Below are positions 40,021 through 48,651 of a stretch of DNA of 64,000 nt, piece after piece (the stretch's first letter is position 1; every line of letters begins with the position of its first letter). The DNA is from a virus (Duplodnaviria > Caudoviricetes), in IMG/VR virus record IMGVR_UViG_3300024259_001623. One strand, 5' to 3'. The translations under genes were made by a program, and so were the position numbers. The notes below the pieces were generated by a model. It was not told the origin of the DNA. It ran no database searches and saw nothing but the letters and a program-made list of their open reading frames with translations.

Positions 40021-40323
40021 TTATCCATTTTTCTTTCCTCTTTTGATTTTTCTTTTTTTCTTAACGTCTTTAAATTCCCAGAGTTGTGACCAACGTGAAC
40101 TATTCCAGCCTGGAGTATCAAATTGTAATCCTACTCCCATCCCGAAATCACACGCAAAGTGTAATCCATACCATTGTTCTTGAAAATATCCAACATAATA
40201 TTTATAACCAAATCTGTCATTTTTACCTATTTTAGCCAAGTACAAATTATCTTTACCCAATTTAATATCAGGATGATTATGTTCCTTGCCCTTAGATAAA
40301 TCTATTTCTGTTAATTTAATCAT
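40021..40323 (-). CDS. hypothetical protein
   Basis: ORF with GAGG RBS. Confidence 0.55.
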   Translation of the reverse strand: MIKLTEIDLSKGKEHNHPDIKLGKDNLYLAKIGKNDRFGYKYYVGYFQEQWYGLHFACDFGMGVGLQFDTPGWNSSRWSQLWEFKDVKKKRKIKRGKKNG

Positions 40324-40958
40324 TTTATTACCTCAAAACGACTTCGTGAGCATCATTACATTCTTCGCAAAAAACATAAACGCTCAATTCGTTTTCCTTA
40401 CCGTTGCCAGCGTCACAATTAGTACAAGGAGAAAAAAACTAAAGTCTATGGAGCTAACTTCATCTTCTACTATCTTGCCGGTTTTCGGACATTTGAATCT
40501 TATGATAGTTTCTTCTAGTTTCGCTTTTTCTGACATTGTTATTCTCTTTTAAAATTTAGTATAATTTTTATGGTAGCCGCATTTAGTACATGTCACTGAA
40601 ACACGGGTTATTTTATTCGAAAATATAGCATCATCAAAACAATTTTTAGTAACTATAGTGCATTCTTTCTCTTCAGTTTTCCAGTCATGCTTACAAAAAC
40701 ATTCTCGTAGATAATTAATAATAAATTTCATTGTTTATCTCCTATTTACTTCTTCGACTTCACAATCAGGCATGAAAGCAGCATTTTGGGTCATATGATC
40801 TCTTTGCATACAATAGAAAACCATAGAACATTCATCATTACCATGTAAAGGAATGAATGCTCCCTTATACCATACCAATCCACGGCCAAGAGTAGGCACA
40901 ATAAAATGCGATCCTTCAGTCAAATCTTTCAATTGTGTCATGTTTGATCTCCTTAAAC

Positions 40959-41032
40959 TGGGCCTACTAGGACTTGAACCTAGAACCTTCGCATTATGAG
41001 TGCGCTGCGCTAACCGATTACGCCATAGGCCC
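40959..41032 (-). tRNA. tRNA-CAU (Ile2 or elongator Met)
   Basis: Loop CT CAT AA; acceptor GGGCCTA with C4:G69 and C5:G68, as in TilS substrates. Confidence 0.9.
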
Positions 41033-41316
41033 GATACATATTTATACAGGTTGATGAGGCAATGATGCCCAATGAGTTACTTTCCCTAATATTAAATAAT
41101 GTCTTCCTGATGAAGCAGTATACCAAGAGTCAACACTTTTGATATATATAGCGATATCAATAGATCCATGAGAAACTAAAACTCTTGTCTCTTGTTCAGG
41201 CATAACATCTTCAACTTTATTCCAAGTGTCATACATTTTTATTCCTTTCCAAGTAATATAAAGGCTCCCGATAACGCCGGTGGTATACCGCTTAATCGTT
41301 AGGGTCGCTCTTATAT

Positions 41317-41742
41317 CTATTCCTTTCCAAGTAACATTCTTAGATCGTATAAAGAATAACTCATATCTAAGTTTTCACTAATAAGTCTCCGCGCTCGTTC
41401 CAATTGCTCAGGGTCTTTTGCATACTTTCTTTTATAAAACTCTATGATTGTCGGGATTTTTACCTCAACAGTTTTGATATTAGTTTCAACAACAACTTCG
41501 ACTACTTCTGTATCATTTGGATCAAAATAATGAGTAGGAGTTTCATAATTGGCGTTGTACCATCTTGTAGAATTATGCCTAACCCATTCTGCATTAATGG
41601 CTTCATCTACCAACCACATTTCATCTTCTGTTCCATCTAATATATGTTGAATATCGCAGGCATCTCCAGAATTGGGATTCCTATAGACTCCAAGAACCTT
41701 ATCAGTTTTTTTATGTCGTAATCCGAATTTTGTTACTTTCAT
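41317..41742 (-). CDS. hypothetical protein
   Basis: 141-aa ORF. Confidence 0.65.
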   Translation of the reverse strand: MKVTKFGLRHKKTDKVLGVYRNPNSGDACDIQHILDGTEDEMWLVDEAINAEWVRHNSTRWYNANYETPTHYFDPNDTEVVEVVVETNIKTVEVKIPTIIEFYKRKYAKDPEQLERARRLISENLDMSYSLYDLRMLLGKE

Positions 41743-41746
41743 TTTA

Positions 41747-42217
41747 TTATTCCCGCAAAAAATCTAAAGCCTTTTTGTATTTCTTTCTTAATCTATCTTG
41801 CGTCTTTTGATCTAACTTCGACAATCTTTCTTCGCTTGTGTTGTGTGCGATATCGGCGAATTTAACATCTAAAGCGATAGGATTCGCTTTAACTCTGGCA
41901 AGGTAATCCATATAACTCTCGCCTTTTCTATGAGTTATAGCGTCTACCGCACCAGCAATATCTTTTCCAAAGTAATGCTGTATGACTGCCAAATCCATAT
42001 CAGTATCTTCTACGGTATCATGCAGCAACGCAACAGTCGATCTTTTAGAACCAATCTCAAAGCTTTGCGAGACAGCAATGGGATGGAAAATATAAGGTAC
42101 TCCAGATTTATCTATCTGGCCTTCATGGGCCAACTCTGCACTTTGCAAGGAATAGATATATAATTGTATCTTTTTATGTCCTGCAATAACTAATTGTCGT
42201 TTTTCTTCTTTATCCAT
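41747..42217 (-). CDS. HD-domain hydrolase, RelA/SpoT-hydrolase (small alarmone hydrolase)-like
   Basis: AHEGQ.DKSG.PYI.HP, ALLHDTVEDT, VKFADI.HN. Confidence 0.85.
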   Translation of the reverse strand: MDKEEKRQLVIAGHKKIQLYIYSLQSAELAHEGQIDKSGVPYIFHPIAVSQSFEIGSKRSTVALLHDTVEDTDMDLAVIQHYFGKDIAGAVDAITHRKGESYMDYLARVKANPIALDVKFADIAHNTSEERLSKLDQKTQDRLRKKYKKALDFLRE

Positions 42218-42221
42218 AATA

Positions 42222-42482
42222 TCACTTTTTCAAACTCTTTACACTCTTTTCTATTTCTATATCTTTGTATAGACGAACAATCGAATCATATTCCGAACAT
42301 GTAACTTTATCATCTTCTAAAGCTTTTTGTATTTTATTATCTAATTTTATATCGTATTTCTTTAAAGACGCTAGACTATCGTATTGTTCAGGACTGGCTT
42401 CTTTTAGAACAGTAGCATAAGTTCCAAAAACAATAAGACCAAAAATAACAATTGGAATACTAATCCAGCCTACCCTGCAAAC
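42222..42482 (-). CDS. TM protein with a DDKV..EY motif (paralog lacking a standard start codon)
   Basis: Open frame SVCRVGWISIPIVIFGLIVFG...ALEDDKVTCSEY; no in-frame ATG/GTG/TTG at the 5' end. Confidence 0.45.
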   Translation of the reverse strand, partial: VCRVGWISIPIVIFGLIVFGTYATVLKEASPEQYDSLASLKKYDIKLDNKIQKALEDDKVTCSEYDSIVRLYKDIEIEKSVKSLKK

Positions 42483-43358
42483 GCTTTATACTCTTTTCTG
42501 ACATTATCTCGGTGTGTAAGTCGTGAATGTCACGACATTCCGACCATGGTACTTTGCCATCATCCAATGCTTCCTGAATCGCTGTATCTAGTCTTTTATC
42601 CTGCGTTTTCAGGGACTCCAAGGTGACGTAATGAGCGGGACTTATCTCTCCCCAAATGCAAGTATAACCTACTACCAACCAAATAGGACTAGTCATAGCT
42701 ACAACGGCTATAATGAACACTGTCCAGTAAACAATCATGTTAGTCAAAGAAGTTTGTTTTCTTTTTCTTTTCATTTTGTTTTCTTGCTATTTTCTACTAG
42801 TTTACGTTTTGAACGTGTTTTGTCAAAATTAACGATTTCTCTATATTCTTCTCTGCTTATTTTTCCATCGCTCATACATTCATCTATCTTATTTTTGACT
42901 GCTTCATCATTTTGTGACACTGTATAAAGATGGTCATAAAAATGATTTGGGATTTCTGAAGATTCCATGTGGCAACAAAAGCCAACCACTACCAGTATGA
43001 TTCCCACGGCAACGGCAACAAGTGTAAAGTTATTCTTGTATTTCATCTACTTATCCTTACCAGAAAGTTTTTTCTTTACTCCATCTTTATCGTTTTCGTA
43101 ATCAAAAAGTTTGATTTCACGATACTCTGCAAAAGATATCTTTCCATCGCTCATACATTCGGCAATTTTATCTTTGACTGCTTCATTGTCATCAGCCAGT
43201 GCAGACAATTCATCATAACTGCTCTTGGATATTTCAGATTTTTTCAAGTTGTCAACACATCCATCAATCCCGATTATAAGTAATATAGCCGCAATAATAA
43301 AAACAATTACCAAAAATATATTACCTTTTGTTTCTGATCTCATTTTTATTCGTCCCAT
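42460..43358 (-). CDS. three tandem TM proteins with a DGK(I/V)..E motif (42460..42774, 42771..43046, 43047..43358)
   Basis: LDDGKVPWSEC, MSDGKISREEY, MSDGKISFAEY. Confidence 0.7.
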
Positions 43359-43441
43359 TTCGTTTCCTTTTTAAGCAATAGATTGAATCTACCCAGAGAC
43401 CCGATCATACTCAGGCCCCTGGGATAGACTTAATCTATTAT

Positions 43442-43735
43442 TTACTTGACTGGACATACAGCAAGGTACGCGTCCCAAATGGTCTTGCGAGTATTCTTGC
43501 TCTTGCTCCACTTCTTAGCCGCGCGAGTCAAAGAAACCTTACGCCCCGCCTGCTTATTAAACTGATCCTTGTGATGCTGCATCGCCGTACCTCTGGCAAC
43601 TGGCGTATATCGCTCACTACCGACCTTATTAGGATCGATACGAGAAATCTTACACTCGGTTTCCATCCTACCATTGGCATTCGCAACATACTTAAACCTA
43701 ATGTCATACTCATTACCGCTAACGTTGAACTTCAT
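43442..43735 (-). CDS. hypothetical phage protein
   Basis: D.FNK..GRK.SL.RA motif common in phage ORFans. Confidence 0.6.
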   Translation of the reverse strand: MKFNVSGNEYDIRFKYVANANGRMETECKISRIDPNKVGSERYTPVARGTAMQHHKDQFNKQAGRKVSLTRAAKKWSKSKNTRKTIWDAYLAVCPVK

Positions 43736-43811
43736 CTTACTTCTCCTATAAAAATGTTTTATTGTCTCGTCTTAGTTCCACTCTTTTTTCAGCTTCTTGT
43801 CAGGGATAATT

Positions 43812-44339
43812 TTATTTGAAAACCCCGAATTTCTCTAATGCTGCCAAAGCTAAATCGCATTCTTCTAATAGAGCCAACTTATGTGGAGTATAGCCACTAT
43901 TATCTTTCATCTTAGGATCAGCATTTTCTTTTAACAACTGTAGAATCTTATCTGCATCATCTGATAAGACGGCCAAATGCAATTTCGTTCTACCGTAATC
44001 CCCCTTTTCGTCAATAGACGAAATAGTTTCCATTTCATCATCAGAAAATACTTCTCTACTTTCGTAATATCTTTGCCAACGTAGGATTCTATCTTCCACA
44101 GATTCTTCTGGTGCAATCTTCATCTGATCCATAACCTCAAGGTTCTTATCTCCTTGAGTATCGTGGAACGTATCAAATTCCCATTCATCTTCTTCATGTT
44201 TAAAGAAAGGGTCTAAAAAATGACTCTCACCATACTTCTTCTTTAAAATGTTTAAGATACGATCCCTATGGTAAACAGAATAGTTTCTACGTTTCAGTCC
44301 TCTTGATACGCAGGACAAAAACTTATGAGTTGCGTTCAT
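43812..44339 (-). CDS. ankyrin-repeat protein
   Basis: GRTKLHLAV...LLKENADPKMKDNSGYTPHKLA. Confidence 0.8.
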   Translation of the reverse strand: MNATHKFLSCVSRGLKRRNYSVYHRDRILNILKKKYGESHFLDPFFKHEEDEWEFDTFHDTQGDKNLEVMDQMKIAPEESVEDRILRWQRYYESREVFSDDEMETISSIDEKGDYGRTKLHLAVLSDDADKILQLLKENADPKMKDNSGYTPHKLALLEECDLALAALEKFGVFK

Positions 44340-44360
44340 AATTTCTCCATATAAAAAATC

Positions 44361-44414
44361 TGCCGGAAGAGAATAGAATTATTCCAATTTACTATAATTC
44401 TAACTCTCCCGGCA
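44361..44414. terminator. long hairpin downstream of the Ro60 gene
   Basis: TGCCGG..AGAG..TAGAATTA / TAATTCTA..CTCT..CCGGCA. Confidence 0.5.
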
Positions 44415-44425
44415 GGGGCAACAGG

Positions 44426-46096
44426 CTATATTTTACCGAGAATAAAATCGCTAACCATTTGAGGCGTTGCAGTATCGAAACCTACAACGTTCAACGAGTT
44501 ACGATCTTCGTTGTCAGTGATGCTATAAGGATTAGCTAACATACCACAAGCAATCATCTTAGCATCGTTTCTTCTTTTCTTACTGTCCCGATACAACTTC
44601 AAAGACCGATCTACATGAGTCTCGCCAGCCCAAGTCTCCATATCAGAGAGAATAACAAAAGCATCAACATCTACATTCTTACTCTTTGCCCAATTGGTAG
44701 CGATAGCTGCATCGGTGCCACCAAAGTTGCTCATCTGGGCCTTCTTCATTGCAGTCTGAATCGAATCCTTGGCAGTAATCTTCAAGTCTACCAAATTATG
44801 AGCGAAGCCCATGATATGATAGTTAGGTTCGGTTCTGGCAAAGACCATAGCCATTGCAGCAGCAGCAACGCAAGGACTCATATTACGGATACCAGATACT
44901 TCACCGCCAGCCATAGAACCAGAAACATCAACCGCCAAAAGGATATTCTTACCAGTTGGCTCAACATTCTTGAAGGACAGATAAAAAGCATCGTCCAACG
45001 CATCAAGAATCTGAGGAACTGGCTCATAACCTAACGAAGTAGGATAACCCCAATACGAATGGGTAAACTGATTGCTATAGGCACACATCGCTGCTAATAC
45101 GCTCAAAGGATGAATTCTGGCCTTATGCAACACTTCCTCATTTCTCAAAGTCTCACAAACATACTTTGTAGACGAGGATAGCGGAGTCAAAACGCCTGCC
45201 TTTGTCATATTACGGATATTACGAATCATAGCAGTCATTGGCATACCATCCAGCAATGCCTTCCATACCTTCTTATCATAAAGAGTATTAGGTACGCTCT
45301 CACGAACCAAACCATACTTCTTAATCATAGAAACCATTTCCTTGCTATCATCTACAGTCTTAGCAGTCTCATGTGCCCAGATATATCTAGTGGCATCATT
45401 CTTCTCCAACTTCGCAAACTGGACCTTGGTGAATCCCTTTCTTCCCTTAACGATATACTTCAAAACGGTTTGCATATCCTTACTACCGGGGATCAAGTGG
45501 ATTTTACGCAGCAAATCTCTATGCGACCAAGACGCTTCGCCTTCTACCTTACGCTGAGGATACTTACAAGCCTGGAATGCTACGGAATTAGGAGTCTTAC
45601 TGGTATACCAACTACCAATAGCCTTACGCAAACCTCTACCCCATCCTCTCATTTGGTCTACATAAGTCACGAAACTGAACAAATATGTTCCGATACGACA
45701 GACCTTGTTTAAGTTATCCAAAGCGTACTTACGAATCTCGTCATTATCGCAAGAAGCTGCTAAAGCCATAACAAAGATAGCAGGATCATTCTTGGCTGCA
45801 CGACCTTCATTAGAAACTGCGATAGTTTCGTCAATAGCAGCCATTCCGCCTTCGGTAGTCTTAAACAGCTTAGTTACATTCTTGGCGTTTTCCTTAGCGA
45901 ACTTTTTCTTACCAACATAAAAAGTTCCGCCATCAGAACCAAGAATTAAGAACCTACGAAGATGCTCTAACCGATCAACAGAATAAACATACCCACCGGC
46001 GTTATTCTTGACTTGACGCTTGTTCGCTCTCTGAGTCTGAGGAACGTCTACGTTACGTGAAGCTAAACCACTATCCTTAACAATATTCTTAGCCAT
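44426..46096 (-). CDS. rsr: Ro60/Rsr TROVE-domain RNA-binding protein
   Basis: NNAGGYV, RRFLILGSDGGTFY, MPMTAMIRN, RIHP, vWA MIDAS LAVDVSGSM, GGTD, DAFVILSDMETW, VVGFD. Confidence 0.96.
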   Translation of the reverse strand: MAKNIVKDSGLASRNVDVPQTQRANKRQVKNNAGGYVYSVDRLEHLRRFLILGSDGGTFYVGKKKFAKENAKNVTKLFKTTEGGMAAIDETIAVSNEGRAAKNDPAIFVMALAASCDNDEIRKYALDNLNKVCRIGTYLFSFVTYVDQMRGWGRGLRKAIGSWYTSKTPNSVAFQACKYPQRKVEGEASWSHRDLLRKIHLIPGSKDMQTVLKYIVKGRKGFTKVQFAKLEKNDATRYIWAHETAKTVDDSKEMVSMIKKYGLVRESVPNTLYDKKVWKALLDGMPMTAMIRNIRNMTKAGVLTPLSSSTKYVCETLRNEEVLHKARIHPLSVLAAMCAYSNQFTHSYWGYPTSLGYEPVPQILDALDDAFYLSFKNVEPTGKNILLAVDVSGSMAGGEVSGIRNMSPCVAAAAMAMVFARTEPNYHIMGFAHNLVDLKITAKDSIQTAMKKAQMSNFGGTDAAIATNWAKSKNVDVDAFVILSDMETWAGETHVDRSLKLYRDSKKRRNDAKMIACGMLANPYSITDNEDRNSLNVVGFDTATPQMVSDFILGKI

Positions 46097-46141
46097 TTTT
46101 CATCTCCCTTTTATAGTTATATCCCAAAATTTTTATAAATT

Positions 46142-46270
46142 ACTAGGTAAGTTAGTAGCATGGTTATATGCCCCCGTTCTATCATTAAACTATATCGCCG
46201 CTATTGCGACGACACCAGGAATCAAACCTGATTTTGGGGTTTATGGATAACCCAATGCCTTCGACCCAGT
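46142..46270 (-). ncRNA. yrlA: Y RNA 1 (YrlA-type, permuted tRNA domain)
   Basis: 5' ACTGGGTCGAAGG / 3' CTTACCTAGT Ro stem enclosing a T-arm, a loop-closed acceptor and a D-arm. Confidence 0.85.
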
Positions 46271-46290
46271 TATGTTCTTCTATATAAAAT

Positions 46291-46423
46291 ACTAGGTAAG
46301 TTATTAGTATGGTTGATATTACTGACGCTCTGCCGTTGAGCTATATACCGGCTTTGCCGATATAGCAGGATTCGAACCTACAACCTTCAGTTCCGGTTGA
46401 TAAACCAATACATTCGACCCAGT
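46291..46423 (-). ncRNA. yrlA: Y RNA 2 (YrlA-type)
   Basis: Same termini; GTAGG-TTCGAAT-CCTGC, acceptor closed by GGC-AAA-GCC, TAGCTCAACGGCAGAGC D-arm. Confidence 0.88.
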
Positions 46424-46461
46424 TATTTTCTTCTTTTTTATCCCTTATATTTTTATAAAAT

Positions 46462-46589
46462 ACTAGGTAAGTTGTTGGAATGGTATAATGCTCTGCCAAT
46501 TGAGCTATGTCGCTACATTGTAACGACAATGGGAATCGAACCCATAACCTTCTCATTAAAAGTGATAAACCATATCCATTCGACCCAGT
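46462..46589 (-). ncRNA. yrlA: Y RNA 3 (YrlA-type)
   Basis: Same termini; ATGGG-TTCGATT-CCCAT, TGTCG/CGACA, TAGCTCAATTGGCAGAGC. Confidence 0.88.
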
Positions 46590-46715
46590 TATTTTCTTTT
46601 AAAGCAAAAAATAAGTTGCCTAACAAATTAATATTAAGCAACTTATCCTTTTTTAAGCACCCGACGCCCTCTTACACCAATACATTTCCGAACGAGTCGT
46701 CACAGTTTATAAAAA

Positions 46716-46780
46716 AAGGCAAGTTAGTGTCAATAGCGTAGTGATCATTAAAAGTGATAAGCTATCGAAATTCGGCCCTT
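46716..46780 (-). ncRNA. Y RNA 4 (short)
   Basis: AAGGGCCGAA / ACTTGCCTT stem, TTATC motif, apical ATCA-CTTTTAA-TGAT hairpin. Confidence 0.7.
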
Positions 46781-46799
46781 TATTTTTCTATTTTATATA

Positions 46800-46879
46800 A
46801 AAGGATAAGTTTACGTTAATAGTTTTATTGGTTTTGATCTCTTAAATCATAATTGATAAACTATCAACTTCGACCCTTT
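46800..46879 (-). ncRNA. Y RNA 5 (short)
   Basis: AAAGGGTCGAAG / ACTTATCCTT stem, TTATC motif. Confidence 0.7.
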
Positions 46880-46976
46880 ACTTTCTAAGTTAATACCTAT
46901 TTTTTTATTTATAGGTCTTTTGACGTTAGGTATCAAACGCCCGGTAGCGAACCGGCTGACCTCCATTCTAAAACAA

Positions 46977-47042
46977 AAAGGCAAGTTATTATTAATAGTT
47001 ATTTTTATCCCTTTGATGATAAACTATTAAATTCGGCCCTTT
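46977..47042 (-). ncRNA. Y RNA 6 (short)
   Basis: AAAGGGCCGAA / ACTTGCCTTT stem, TTAATAGTT/AACTATTAA upper stem, TTATC motif. Confidence 0.7.
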
Positions 47043-47110
47043 AAAAAATCTCGGTTCCTACACCGTCATATAGACGGGAGAAGAAAATTCGAGATCATTT
47101 CTTCAAAAGA

Positions 47111-47280
47111 TAATATGAGGCGGCTCTAGGAAAAATTAAAAAACCTGAAACCTATTATCCAAACCTTACATCGGCTCCTGTCAACTGTTCTCTCCTGGTA
47201 AGGAGCCTACGATACAAACCAAACCGACTCAACTTTGCAATAAAACAAACTTTATGAAAAGAAAGAGCCGCCTCATATTA
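47111..47280 (-). ncRNA. 170-nt rod-like structured RNA candidate
   Basis: Perfect 17-bp terminal inverted repeat TAATATGAGGCGGCTCT; inner GGCTCCT/AGGAGCC stem; U-rich bubble. Confidence 0.55.
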
Positions 47281-47282
47281 AA

Positions 47283-47379
47283 CGAAGACCGCTGGATTCG
47301 AACCAACAACCTCAAGGGCTAATCCTTAGTCCCAACAACCTTTTTTGCCCTTGCGCTCTGCCAATTGAGCTACATCTTC
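47283..47379 (-). ncRNA. tRNA-like RNA with an expanded anticodon loop
   Basis: Canonical D- and T-arms; 7-bp CAAGGGC/GCCCTTG stem closing a 27-nt loop. Confidence 0.65.
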
Positions 47380-47385
47380 TTATAA

Positions 47386-47452
47386 ATCGGATTAGGTTTG
47401 TCCGTAGGGGGCTTTCATTCTCTATATGATAACCTACAAACTTCGACCCGAT
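47386..47452 (-). ncRNA. Y RNA 7 (short)
   Basis: ATCGGGTCGAAG / ATCCGAT stem, TTATC motif, 5' end just downstream of the promoter. Confidence 0.65.
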
Positions 47453-47457
47453 GTTAT

Positions 47458-47486
47458 ATTATAGTATCGCGTTATCAGAAACGCAA
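47458..47486 (-). promoter_or_regulatory. sigma70-like promoter for the ncRNA/Ro60 island
   Basis: TTGCGT-N17-TATAAT, 5 nt upstream of Y RNA 7. Confidence 0.7.
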
Positions 47487-47496
47487 CAACTTTTTT

Positions 47497-47907
47497 TCAA
47501 CTTTCTTCGCTTTCGCCTCCATACTCAAAATTGGAAAACTCTTCAGGGAGATTATCGTTAGTCTCAACCACTTCCATGACAAAAACATTAAAAGCGTCAA
47601 GTTCACAAAACGCTTTCATAAAAGCAGTCAAATTATTTCTCATCAGTTGATAAATGCACCCCAGAATAAGATGATTATAATACAGATCATCTCCAAATTT
47701 ATTTTGTATCTTTTGTATATCTCTGGCAACATCTGCCCTGGTAATAGAATTACCAGTAGAAGTCATTTCGTTGCCTCTCACAAAATCATGGTGATAGGTA
47801 AATGGAACCCTACCATATATAATACCAGGAATATCAGACAACTTCAGCCAAGCTACCAATTCTTCTACCAAATGATGTTTTTTAATTTCTTTCATTTTAG
47901 TCTCCAT
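47497..47907 (-). CDS. hypothetical protein
   Basis: Start moved to METKMKE because the longer ORF overlaps tRNA-Leu. Confidence 0.55.
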   Translation of the reverse strand: METKMKEIKKHHLVEELVAWLKLSDIPGIIYGRVPFTYHHDFVRGNEMTSTGNSITRADVARDIQKIQNKFGDDLYYNHLILGCIYQLMRNNLTAFMKAFCELDAFNVFVMEVVETNDNLPEEFSNFEYGGESEES

Positions 47908-47915
47908 ACTGTTAA

Positions 47916-48000
47916 TACTCCCTCCCGGGATCGAACCGGGACACCCGAAGGTACAGGTGCCTAAAACCTGTGCGTCTGCCATTTATTCCGCCAAGGGAGC
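47916..48000 (-). tRNA. tRNA-Leu(UAG)
   Basis: Loop TT TAG GC, long variable arm, A73. Confidence 0.93.
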
Positions 48001-48204
48001 TTATATTACTCCACCAAAAAATAACTGCTGTTTCAGGGAGATCAAGAAGGCAACGCCCAACGCATGAACCTTTTGAACCGACTTTCCTTTTTAGTCATGT
48101 CGAAGTAAATCCTGAAAGGTGCTAGACATTTCTTCTGAGTCACCACTAATCTCAGCGTAAACTCTTTTTTCTACCAATTCAATGAATTTCATCTATATTA
48201 TCCT

Positions 48205-48651
48205 TTATTTAAACTCTTTGGGAATATATTCTAATTTTAGCATTATTGCAACTGTATAACCACCCAAATGTCTCCATACAACATCTAGATAATCTTTAAA
48301 AGTTGGATAAAGATTTTCTTTTGGTGCTATTTTCTTATCTGTGCCTTCATCCGATATCTTCCCCCCGAATTGCAGAGCTACTTCATTAATGATAGAATGA
48401 TCTACCCACCAAATAAAATTCCCGCCGCCACCATGTCTCATTTCAAAATGTTTTTCGCCTTCTAGCCAGCAAATTCTACTCTCATTAATTTGTGGACATT
48501 TAATAGTCCAGACATGATCTGCAAAACCATCTTCTGAGTATTCTACCGTGAGAGTATTTTTAAACTTATCTTTAATAAGCCTATTAATTAGTTCAGTAAT
48601 TTGTTCTGGATCAATTTTCTTACGAGTTTTCACCCAAGCATGATTAGCCAT
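48205..48651 (-). CDS. hypothetical protein
   Basis: Coupled (TAATG) to the ligase C-fragment. Confidence 0.6.
   Translation of the reverse strand: MANHAWVKTRKKIDPEQITELINRLIKDKFKNTLTVEYSEDGFADHVWTIKCPQINESRICWLEGEKHFEMRHGGGGNFIWWVDHSIINEVALQFGGKISDEGTDKKIAPKENLYPTFKDYLDVVWRHLGGYTVAIMLKLEYIPKEFK

Noticed and set aside
46142-46589. CRISPR array (regularly spaced conserved blocks)
   Set aside because: Two different conserved blocks alternate and pair with each other, the 'spacers' are tRNA arms, and there are no cas genes. Y RNAs explain the pattern.
46611-46650. An eighth Y RNA
   Set aside because: The ATAAGTTGC/GCAACTTAT hairpin lacks the GNCGAA and TTATC motifs; more likely a terminator or processing hairpin.
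46341-46741. ORFs 46341..46556 and 46397..46741
   Set aside because: They overlap the Y RNA array, with no RBS or protein-like features.
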